A stretch of 64,000 nt of DNA from an uncultured Planctomycetota bacterium (GTDB lineage: Bacteria; Planctomycetota; Planctomycetia; Isosphaerales; Isosphaeraceae): positions 224,001 through 288,000 of the forward strand of contig CAWJTV010000009.1 in the NCBI GenBank assembly GCA_963845755.1, given 5' to 3'. The position numbers were made by a program, and so were the translations under genes. Below the pieces are notes generated by a model. It ran no database searches, had not been told where the DNA came from, and saw only the letters and a list, made by a program, of their open reading frames with translations. The stretch's first letter is position 1. Each line of letters starts with the position of its first letter. Positions 13,742 through 22,946 of this stretch are shown piece after piece.

Positions 13742-13754
13742 GAGGAGGCACGCG

Positions 13755-14057
13755 ATGAGTCACCGAGCAGGACTTGGAGCCATCGCCATGGCACTCATTG
13801 CCACGACGGCCGCGAATGCGGGTGAACCTGGCGATCACGGACCGTCCCGATCACACTTCCTCCACAGGATTCACCCGGTGGGTGGTTGGAATCCAGGAGG
13901 CGGGCTCTTTCACTGGTGGGACCCTCGCTGCTTTTCGCCAGCCTGCGGCCCGGATGACTACTGTCGGAAACCGTTTCCGAATCTGTGCCGGCATCCGATC
14001 GTGCCCGGCCGTCCCCAAGGACCGGGACCAGTACCTGGCCCCCAGACGCCGCGCTGA
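13755..14057 (+). CDS. Small secreted Cys/Pro-rich hypothetical protein
   Basis: GAGGAGG RBS just after the TolC stop; signal peptide (..TTAANA/G); WW..C...CGPDDYCRKP motif. Confidence 0.7.
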   Translation: MSHRAGLGAIAMALIATTAANAGEPGDHGPSRSHFLHRIHPVGGWNPGGGLFHWWDPRCFSPACGPDDYCRKPFPNLCRHPIVPGRPQGPGPVPGPQTPR

Positions 14058-14137
14058 CGGCTGCGAGGGTCTTGCCGCGGGCATGGGTTCCAACGACCGC
14101 GCGTTACGACAGAGTGTCGAGGAGAGGCCGTCCGGGT

Positions 14138-15250
14138 TCAATGCGCGGCTGCGTGTTCAGAGAGGATTCGGTGCACCTCGCCGATGACTTCCGAATGATC
14201 CTGGCACAGGTGGCCGGCGGAGACAACCTTCTCCGAGGCCACGCCTTCAATGTGAGCGCTCTCATAGCTAACCAAGCCGTCGGTCCGATGGTCGGATGGC
14301 GAGCCGGGACGGACCGGGATAATCGAATGGACCTTCAGTGCTGGGGGATGGGCCAGCTCCGAGAGGCCCGTTAGGATGGGTGAGCCCCACTCCAGCTCGT
14401 CGATACTGCTGGGCAGACCCTTCCGAAAGTGTTCCCGGAAAAAGTGCGGCGGGTTCTGTGCCACCAGCCGATCGTGGGCGGCGCGCAGCGGGTCGGGCAT
14501 GCGAATCAACCGCGTCCCGACCCGCTGGATCGAGCCCTGGTCGAACCGGCTGCCGCGATGCGGCGTTGCGATATAGACCACGCGGCGGACCCCCGGATGC
14601 GCGCCGAAAAACAGGCCACTGCGAAAGAGCTTGCGATCATCCTCTTCGCCCATCAACTCGGCGAAAGGATGATCGCTGACGACCCGCCAGAGTCGATCGC
14701 CGGATTCGGCCGCGATCATCTTGGTGAGCAAGCCGCCCATGCTGTGGCCGATGATCACCATCCGATCGAATGCGGGGTCGGCCTTGCTGGGATCGAGCTT
14801 CCGGCGCACCTCGTCCAGGTCCCTCCGGAGGAGATACGCCGTGAAAGGGATCGGATCGCCGGTCGAGTAGCCGTACGTCCAGAACTGAAAGCTACCCTTG
14901 AGCGCAGGCTCGGCCTCGAGGGCCTTGATCATCCGGCTCCACGACCACGGACTGGCCCAGAGCCCGTGCACGAAGACGACCGGGACCTTCCCGCGCACAT
15001 AAGGCTGTAGCAGAGACAGACCTGTCGGCTCGTAATGAGCTAGCTCTCTCAGCGCCGAGGCGGCGTTTGCCGGTGCATTCACCTGCGCCGAGAGGGGCGA
15101 CGGGACGGCGTTGGCCAGCCAGAACACGGCCAGCGGGGCCAAGAGCCTGAGCAACTCCGCGGTATCGATTGGACCTCGCCGGGCCTTTCGAAACGACGTG
15201 TTCTGGAAATCCAGCATTGAATCAAGCCTTTGTTTTTCGGGTTGGCGCAA
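14138..15250 (-). CDS. Alpha/beta hydrolase (lipase/esterase family)
   Basis: VVFVHGL, GHSMGG nucleophile elbow, ATPHRGS, DGLV and C-terminal His. The true start may be the internal MLDFQ. Confidence 0.88.
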   Translation of the reverse strand: MRQPEKQRLDSMLDFQNTSFRKARRGPIDTAELLRLLAPLAVFWLANAVPSPLSAQVNAPANAASALRELAHYEPTGLSLLQPYVRGKVPVVFVHGLWASPWSWSRMIKALEAEPALKGSFQFWTYGYSTGDPIPFTAYLLRRDLDEVRRKLDPSKADPAFDRMVIIGHSMGGLLTKMIAAESGDRLWRVVSDHPFAELMGEEDDRKLFRSGLFFGAHPGVRRVVYIATPHRGSRFDQGSIQRVGTRLIRMPDPLRAAHDRLVAQNPPHFFREHFRKGLPSSIDELEWGSPILTGLSELAHPPALKVHSIIPVRPGSPSDHRTDGLVSYESAHIEGVASEKVVSAGHLCQDHSEVIGEVHRILSEHAAAH

Positions 15251-15326
15251 GCTATTATAATAATATTTTCATTAATATATACATTATAATGAATTGCGAG
15301 TTTCAAAAAATGTTCTCAACCGAGAT
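15147..15326. repeat. Dispersed ~180-bp element with AT-rich core, copy 1
   Basis: Colinear with 49033-49215; shared blocks ctgagcaactccgcgg, tcgccgggcctttcgaaacg, ggaaatccagca, tataatgaa and aaccgagat. Confidence 0.85.
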
Positions 15327-15329
15327 CCC

Positions 15330-15440
15330 TGGGCCCGCTACCATCGTTCGGAGTGAACCACCCGCCGAAATGGGCGAACGTAACAACGACCGCCGCAAGA
15401 GCGACGCCGATCAGTGCGGATCTTGCCAGCGTGTTGACCT
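15330..15440 (-). pseudogene. Possible N-terminal remnant of an SrpA-like catalase-related peroxidase
   Basis: LARSALIGVALAAVVVTFAHFGGWFTP resembles that family's membrane anchor; cut off by ISAs1. Confidence 0.35.
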
Positions 15441-15452
15441 CGCCGAGGACCT

Positions 15453-16740
15453 CAGGGCCAGCGCATACTAACATGTAGATCCGGTAAGGACTTGCAGCAA
15501 GTAGTTTTCGTTCCAGCCACAACTACGGCGTTTCATGGCGAGGCTGGTGCGGTCGGGATGCCGTTTCAAGAGCGACAACGTGAAGCGGTTGAGCCAGGCG
15601 AAGTTCTCCCGCAGCGCCTCCTCGCGGATCCGCGACTCGTCCTCGCGATAGGTCACGTCGAGCACCCAATGGCAGCTATTCTCGATACCCCAGTGGCCCC
15701 GGACAGCCCTCGCCAGCCGCTTCACGTCCATGGTCAGGCTGCTGATGTAGTACCGGACCTCGACGCTCTGTTTCCCGTCGCGGACGCACAGCGAGGTCAC
15801 CACCGCGATCGTCTTCAGCGCCTTCCAGAGCCCGAACCCCGGCAGGCCCTCGGGGGCCGGGAGTTGGAGATACGTACGCGTCTCCTGCGCGCCCATGGCC
15901 CTTCTCGGTCGTTACCTGCTCTTGGGCCCCCTCCAACTCGCCCTCGAGTTGTTCGTGGATGTGATCGATGACCGCCTGATGGAGCGTCTCCTGGTTCCCT
16001 TTCAGCGCCAGGACGTAGTCCCCCTCGCCGTCGATGATCTCCGCCGCGATCGCCTTCTGGGCCCCGATCGCGTCGATGGTGATGATCGCCCCCCTGATGT
16101 CCACCAGCCGCAGGACCTCGGGGATCGCCGTGATCTCGTGGGACTTCTCGGCGCAGGCCACCTGCCCCAGCGTCAGGCCGAACTCGCTGGCCCAGATGCT
16201 GACCGAATGCAACGCGCCCAGGCCGTTCTGGCGATCGTGGCTCCGCCGCGCCGTCTTGCCGTCGACCGCGAGGACGGGCTGCTCCACGCCGGTCGCCGCG
16301 GCCGCCTCGGTGCGCAGCGACTCCAGCCAGCTCACAAAACAGGCCTGGAAGGCCCCCGGCCGCAGGGCCATCAGAACGCGACGGAAGACATCCTTGCGCG
16401 GGACCCCATCGGGCAAGTCCAGGTTTGCCACGAGGAACTCCTCCTTGAGGGCGGCCCATTTGGCGATCGCGGTGGGTCCGTTGGCGCCGGCCAGGACCGC
16501 CATCACGGCGATGATGACCACGCTGACCAGGGGATGCTTGCGATTGACCGAGGAGCGCGGGTCCTCCAACTCCTCGAAGTGCCGTGCGACCTCGTCCAGA
16601 CCTATTCGCCGAACTTCCGCCATGGTCCATCCTCCGTGGGTAGTCGCAAAGGGAGCGCCATCGAGAATGATAGACAAAGGATCACAAAAAGGAAACATGA
16701 CCCAGGTTGCCCAATCTAGCCACAGTTAGCGCTAGCCCTG
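15453..16740 (-). mobile_element. ISAs1-family insertion sequence
   Basis: TIR cagggccagcgc / gcgctagccctg (11 of 12 match); no flanking direct repeat. Confidence 0.85.
15468..16623 (-). pseudogene. ISAs1 transposase, frameshift at ~15895
   Basis: LEDPR, AVDGKT, EITAIP, ITIDA, YVLALKGNQ, EKGHGR and RGHWGIENSCHWVLDV motifs. Confidence 0.92.
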
Positions 16741-16838
16741 CGGATGAAGGCCATCAGCCGCTCGGCCAAGTGCTCCTTGCTGGCGAAGTCGGCGATCCGC
16801 AGCCGTTTCCGCCGAGCGATGCCGAACCACTGCTCCAC

Positions 16839-18053
16839 CTGAGACATCCCCACCAGGCGTTTTTTCCCTAAGACATAGTGGCTCCCGACCCTACGGAGGA
16901 GACAATCGGTGTGTTCGCGCACCGCATCTTTCACCGAGGAGGGAGCCACTATGTCTACGCAGTCTATCCTCACCTGGGTCGTCATCGCCACCAGTCGTCT
17001 CCTCCCCAGCCAGTCTCGGACTCTGGCGATCCTGGTCGCCGCCGCGATTCGCTGCGAGCACCCCAATCTCGCCCAGATCGGTCGCGGGATGGCCGGGCCG
17101 ATCACCGCCAAGAGTGCCATCACACGGGCGTGGCGGTTCACCTGCAATGAGCGGATCGAGGTCGCCGAGGGCATGGCCGAGGTCATCGCCCGGTTAGTCC
17201 GCCAGCGGAAGAAGCGGCTCCTGGTCAGCTTCGATTGGACCGAATTCCGCGACTTCCACACCCTGATGGCCGCCGCCTGTATCAAGGGTCGAGCCGTCCC
17301 TTTGCTCTGGGCCAGTTACGCGGAATGGAAGTTCTTTCGCAGTCAGAACAGCCTGGAAGAGGGGTTGCTGCGGCTGTTGCGCACCGTGATCCCCGAGACG
17401 ATCCGCGTGGTGATCCTGGCCGACCGCGGCTTCGGCCGGGCGGAGTGGGCCGCTGTGTGCCAGGAGCTTTCGTTCGACTACCTGGTGCGGATCAAGCCCA
17501 AGGTGACCGTCGCCGGCCCGCGGTATCGCGGGCTCCTGAGTAAGTACCCGGTCTTCAAGGGGATCGCTCACGTGCTCCGCGATGTCCAGTATCGTAAGGA
17601 CGCCCGTGTGACCCACCACATCGTGATCCGTTGGCGACCCAACCTGCCCAAGAAACGCGACGAACCGTGGTATCTGATGACCAACCTGGACGGCCGGGCC
17701 GAGTCGTTGTGCCAGCTCTACGGCTGCCGGATGCAGGTGGAGGAGCTGTTCCGAGATCAGAAGAACCGCCGCAACGGCTGGGCGTTGCGGAACACGCGGA
17801 TTCAGTACGCGGATCGGTTTGACCGGTTCCTGCTGATCCTGGCGTTGGCGTACCTGCTGCTGGCGGGTCTGGGGCTGCAGGCGAAGTTGGACTTCGAGCC
17901 GTCCCAGTGGTGCACCAACACGCGGAACAGCGAGTGCAGTGTCATTACGATCGGCAAGGCCATGCTCGGTCGCTGTAACTACGACCCGGACGAACTCTTG
18001 CGCCGCGTCCGCTACGCCACCGAAGATGCGGCTTCGCAGTGGGGATGATTCAG
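16839..18053 (+). mobile_element. IS4-family (IS10-like) insertion sequence, 1215 bp
   Basis: TIR ctgagacatccccac / gtggggatgattcag (13 of 15 match); 9-bp TSD ctgctccac (16830-16838, 18054-18062). Confidence 0.92.
16951..18048 (+). CDS. IS4-family transposase, intact
   Basis: FDWT, ADRGF, EPWYLMTN and YGCRMQVEELFRDQK motifs; GGAGGGAG RBS. Confidence 0.93.
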   Translation: MSTQSILTWVVIATSRLLPSQSRTLAILVAAAIRCEHPNLAQIGRGMAGPITAKSAITRAWRFTCNERIEVAEGMAEVIARLVRQRKKRLLVSFDWTEFRDFHTLMAAACIKGRAVPLLWASYAEWKFFRSQNSLEEGLLRLLRTVIPETIRVVILADRGFGRAEWAAVCQELSFDYLVRIKPKVTVAGPRYRGLLSKYPVFKGIAHVLRDVQYRKDARVTHHIVIRWRPNLPKKRDEPWYLMTNLDGRAESLCQLYGCRMQVEELFRDQKNRRNGWALRNTRIQYADRFDRFLLILALAYLLLAGLGLQAKLDFEPSQWCTNTRNSECSVITIGKAMLGRCNYDPDELLRRVRYATEDAASQWG

Positions 18054-19226
18054 CTGCTCCACTTGGTTCATCCACGAGCAATGGACCGGCGGATGAGGGA
18101 ACACGAACCGCGGATGCTTCGACAGCCACGCTTGCACCTGCTTCCCCTTGTGCATCTGCACGTTGTCCAACACCACGTGGATCGTCGTCACCGAAAAGGG
18201 GATCTCAGCATCCAACTGCTCCAGAAACGTGATGAACTCCGATTGCCGTTTTCGCGAGGCCGTCAGGCCATAGACCTTTCCTATCCGGGTGTCGAAGGCC
18301 GCGAACAGGTTCAACGCCCCACAACGGCCGTACTCGTGTTCGACCCGGGTCGGTCGATCGGTGTCGGTTGCCAGTGACTTCGACTTCCGGGGGCGCGGTT
18401 GCAGGCTGGTCATCTCGTCAACGCGGAGGACGAACTCGTCCGGGTGCAGCGGCCGCGTGTAGAGATCGCAGATCTCCTGGACCAAAGCAGCGAACGCCGG
18501 ATCCCGCGGCACCTTCGGGGAGAGCCACATCTTCTGCCGCCACGGCTTGAGACGGTGGCTCAAGAGGATGCGACGCACGGTCTCCGCCGAGATGCTCGAG
18601 ACCACGCCGTCGCGCACCAACTCGCGCACGATCTCAGTGCAGTCCCACTGAGACAGCGATCGCCCGAGTTGATCCGGTCGTTCGCAGGCGATCTCGAGCA
18701 CGTACATCGCGACCTCGGGGAAAAGACCGGCTTGCGGCCGCGTCCGGGACGATCGTGCAAGCCGGCCAGACCGCTGTGGAGGAACCCTTGGACCCACTTG
18801 CGTAGATGCTTCTCGGTCAGGCCGACCAAGCGGGCCACGGCGACCAAGGGGGTCCTCTCGGCGACTTCGAGGATGGCCCGGCATGGCCGGGCCAAGCCCA
18901 GGGAGGTCGAGGGGCAGCGCAGATATTTCAGGAGTTGAACGTGTTCCTCAGGAGTTAAGACCACGCGCAATGCGGACTTGCGTCCTCTCATGGTGACCTC
19001 CCTGCGGTGTGATCCTCGGAAGCGACGTCAACGATATCATGACCGAGAGGAAGGCCGTAGCCAATTCCATTCCTTATTTGCGGGGAGCGGTACTAATAAG
19101 CGTAGGGCGCACACCCTGCCGGGGTCGAATTATCAGGGATGCAACCGCACTCTCCTGCAGATCCGCGCCACGAGGGGTATCCCGGTTTGCTATCCTAACG
19201 CGGCCTTCGGCCGCAACCCCATCGGG

Positions 19227-19295
19227 ATTCCGGATTCGCGATTCCGGATTCCCGAAGGGGAATGATCCGGGAATCCGGAATCGCGAATCCGGAAT
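19227..19295. repeat. 28-bp perfect inverted repeat built from heptamer units
   Basis: attccggattcgcgattccggattcccg (19227-19254), 13-nt loop, exact reverse complement at 19268-19295. Confidence 0.9.
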
Positions 19296-19411
19296 TCGGA
19301 ATCCCCAGAGGCGCGCACGGCGCAGCGAGCCTACGGAGGAAGACTCTACGTTTTTTCGGGACTGCGCCCGGAACAAATGGCCCCTGCGGGGCAGTTGAAT
19401 TAAAAGTCAAC

Positions 19412-19491
19412 CATCGACAACAAATTGTCGATGCGCGGCCCATAAGGGCCTACTGCGGCCGATTGTCAACGGTATGTCGGACCAGTATACT
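19412..19491 (+). promoter_or_regulatory. Sigma70-type promoter and operator-like palindromes of the gntR gene
   Basis: TTGTCA (19463-68), 17-nt spacer, TATACT (19486-91), ATG 7 nt later; palindrome catcgacaa-caaa-ttgtcgatg at 19412-19433; FadR-box-like tgtcggacca in the spacer. Confidence 0.65.
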
Positions 19492-19582
19492 GAGCATCAT
19501 GCCCAAGAAGTCGCCATCCCCGACCTTCGAGCCGATCAAGCCGACCCGCGCCCACGAGGCGGTCCTGGCGCAGCTCCAGCAC

Positions 19583-20809
19583 TAGTGCTTTGTCACAGCT
19601 TAATCTTAGGGTAGACCGACGTGAGTTTACCGCGAGCATCGTCGATCTTCATTTGCCAATCCACGCCGCGCTGGGTGCTGTTGACATCGGATGACCAAGC
19701 GCCGGTCTCCGCTCGCAGGGTGGGAACATCGCCGAAGCGGCGACCGGACACGCACTGGCGTGTCAGGGAGCTCAGCTCATTCTCGGCGATGTTCAGCCAG
19801 CTACCGTGCTTGGGCGTGTAACAGAACTCGATGCGGCAGACCAACTGGCGCGCCCGGGCGGGTGCAAAACTCTCGTAGAATGCGCCTTTGGTGTGCGTGT
19901 TCAAGTTGTCGCACACGACGATCACGTGCTCGGCGTCGGCGTAACGGCCTTCCATCAGTCGAGCCATCTCGATCGCCCAGTCCACCTTGGTTTTCGTCTC
20001 GCGAACGGCCACCTCGCGCCAACCCGCCAGTGGTTCGGTGAACATGAAGATGTTCGCTGTCCCGGCGCGCTCGTACTCATAGTCGAACGCGCCGGCCGTG
20101 TCGGCGGGTGGCGGGGATGGGCACGCGGGTCTCCTTCAGCAACTGCACCGGTTGCTCGTCCATGCCCAGCACCGGACGGGCGGGATTATAAGGTATCGCG
20201 TAGGTCTCCAGCACTTCCTCCATGTTGGCTACGAACTCGCCGTCGGCCTTGGGCGGGATGACCCAGTACTCAAGCTTGCGGTTGGTCATGCCGTTTTTTT
20301 TAGCGTACGCCGCACGGTTTCGTAACTCACGGACTCGACGATCCCCAACTCCACGACCTTGCGCGCAGCAGGCGCAATGTCCAGTTGGCATAGCCCGGGG
20401 GAGGCGATCCCAGTCGCGTGGCAATGATCCGAGCTTCCTGCTCCCCGCTGAGCAACTTCTCGACCGGTGGTGTCTCACGCTTACTGCGGTCCAGCGCTTC
20501 GCCAAAGCCTCGCTCCACGAGACGCTGACGGATGTTCTCCACGCTCTTGGTTCGGCATCCGAATGCCTCGGCGATCCGCTGGTCGGTCCAGTTTGGGCCG
20601 TCCGCGTCCGCCTTGAGCAAGATCTGGGCACGCCGTACCTTCTCGCTTGTCCCCTTCAACTTCTTGATCACGGCCGCCAACTCGGTCCGTTCCTGATCCG
20701 TCAGCCGAACGATATACTTTTTGTTCACGGGGAACCTCCTTTGTCCCCGACATCATCTTCTTTTTGGGGAAAGCCCCCAACCCTAACTTTTAGCTGTGAC
20801 AGAGCACTA
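19583..20809 (-). mobile_element. IS630-family insertion sequence (transposase in three or more frames)
   Basis: TIR tagtgct(t/c)tgtcacagct with CTAG at both ends; ORFs 20327..20728 (HTH), MDEQP, DNLNTH and HGSWLNIAENE; A8 slippery run near 20300. Confidence 0.92.
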
Positions 20810-22049
20810 GTGTCCTCGGACACAAAACCTGCAAGAAATTCGGGGGCGTTGGTAAGCTGGCAGTGAACCTCCCCGGTCTCCTGGAGTTCTCCTGCCATGC
20901 GTGGTCGAAGACCCGATCCGTTAACTATCCAGCCCCATGATCACTCGATCCTCCTCCACCTGGCTCACAGTCAAACCTCACCTTGGTTCCAGGTGCAACG
21001 GGCGCGGATCGTCTTGGCGATCGCCGACGGCCAACGGACCGAGGCCATCGCGGACCAGATGCAATGCGAGGAAACCACGGTCTGGAGGGCCTGTCGGCGT
21101 TATCGACACGATGGCTTGGCGGGGTTGCTCGCCGATGCACGCGCCCAACAATCAGGACGCCCCATCGCGATTTCCCCCCCTCCAGCGCGCCCAAATCGTG
21201 GCATTGGCGTGCCTGGAGCCCGTGGCCCGCGGGCTGCACATCACTCACTGGTCCCGTAATGACCTGGCCGACCAAGCCGTCGCCGACGGCATCGTACCGA
21301 CCATCAGCCCCCGAACGGTCGGCAGGATCCTCGACGACGTCAACCTGCAGCCTCATCGCACGCGCTATTGGCGGACGACTCGCCTGGATGCCCGCTTCAA
21401 ACAGCGCGCCGAGAAAGTGCTCTGGTGCTATGGCAACGCCGAGCGATTGGCCCGGCGCGGGATCTGGATCGTCTGTGCCGATGAGATGCCCAATCGTCAG
21501 GTCCTGGAGCGGGTGCCGATCCGTCGCGGCATCCCCGGCTCGATCGAGCAGCAGGAGTTCGACTACGTCCGGCATGGCACGGTCAATCTCCTGAATTTCC
21601 TGATCGTTCATAGCGGGAAGATGGAGACGGTCTGCTTGGAGGCCAACGACGCCGATCCCTATGTCGCGGCCTTGAAGCAGTTCCGCAGGGACCACCGCTG
21701 GCTTCGGGGGATCTATCTGATCCATGACGGTGGCCCCAGCCATACTGGCCAGATCACCCAGGATTATCGGGCCGCCTGTCACGGCTGGTGGCACCCCTGT
21801 TTGACGCCGGCCCGCGCCTCGTGGTTGGACCAGGCGGAGTTGCTCAATCATGCGTTCGACCTCCGGTACCTGAAGCGCGGATCGTGGGCGAGTCGTGAGG
21901 CGTTCATCGCTCATGTGATGTCGTCGTGGCCGGAATACAACCGCCGCTACGCCCATCCGTTCGAATGGACTTGGACGGCCCCGAAGATGAGACAATGGTT
22001 CGCCAAGCACACCCAGTGAATTTCTTGCAGGTTTTGTGTCCGAGGACAC
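20810..22049 (+). mobile_element. IS630-family insertion sequence
   Basis: 32-bp perfect TIR (20810-20841 / 22018-22049); HTH ORF from 20897 and DDE ORF to 22019 overlap at TTTCCCCCCC (~21171), a likely programmed frameshift; ADE, HDGG and SWLDQAE motifs. Confidence 0.92.
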
Positions 22050-22946
22050 CAGATCCTGGAGGGCGAATTGAGCCCGGGGGATCGGCTGCCCTCGGAGCGG
22101 GAAATGATGGAGAGCTTCGGGGTGAGCCGGCCGACGATCCGCGAAGCGCTGCGGGTGGCCGAGAGCCTGGGTCTGGTCGCGGTGCGGCACGGCGACCCGG
22201 GCGGCCCGCGCGTGTTGGGCCAGCCGAGCTTGGGGGTGACGCGGGTCCTCGACGGCCTGCTGTCGGCCGAACGGACCTCTGTCGCCGAGCTGCTGGAGGC
22301 GCGGATGGTCCTGGAGGGGGCCGCGGCGCGGCTGGCGGCGGCGCGGCCGGCCGCGGATCTCGCCCCGCTGGAGCAGGCGTACCGGGCGATGGAGCAGACC
22401 CCGGACTTCGCCCGGTTCGTCGAGGCCGACGCCTTGTTCCACCGCCGCGTGGCCGAGGTCAGCGGCAACCGCCTGCTGGTGGTGATCCTGACTGCGTTGC
22501 GCGATCCGATCGTCCGGCTGATCACGACGGGCCACTCCGGCGAGACAGAGGCCCAGGCCCGGACGAAGTTCCTCCGCGCTCATGGGGAGATCCTCAAGTC
22601 GATCCGCGCTCGGGACGGCGCCGCGGCGGATCGCCGAACGCGGCGCCACCTCTTCGACCTCTACGCCGAATTGGTCGCACCCCAGGAGCGAACGCGCCTG
22701 GAGTCGCTGCTCGGCTGACCGGAGAGCCACGGCCTCCCTCTTGAAGCGAACGGATAGCGGGTCGGGCCGGGGATGACCGACTCGATAGCCCGCCGTCGGG
22801 TCCGCCCCGTCCTTCCCCCGCATCGAGCGGAACAGATGGGTGAAGTCGCCGGCGACAAGGGTGATAGCACCCAGAGCATCGGCCGAGTCCGCGCGAGTCG
22901 GTCCCGCCGGAGCAACACGGCGGAGATCCCCATCACTAGGATGAAG

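Larger units (their letters stand above)
16741..19095 (-). mobile_element. IS630-family element, interrupted by an IS4/IS10-like IS and truncated at its 3' end by ISAs1
   Basis: HTH ORF 18560..18991 and DDE ORF (VDE, HEYGRCG, LDN, SWMNQVEQ) resume as WFGIARRKRL at ~16830-16741. Likely 5' end tagtaccgct at ~19095. Confidence 0.85.
19499..22718 (+). pseudogene. FadR/GntR-family regulator split by two tandem IS630 elements
   Basis: MPKKSPSPTFEPIKPTRAHEAVLAQLQH (19499-19582) rejoins in frame to QILEGELSPGDRLPSEREMMESFGVSRPTIREAL and the FCD domain (22050-22718). Confidence 0.9.

Noticed and set aside
21165..21185. Frameshift in this IS630 transposase as inactivating
   Set aside because: It lies at a slippery run between the HTH and DDE parts, typical of programmed IS630 frameshifting.
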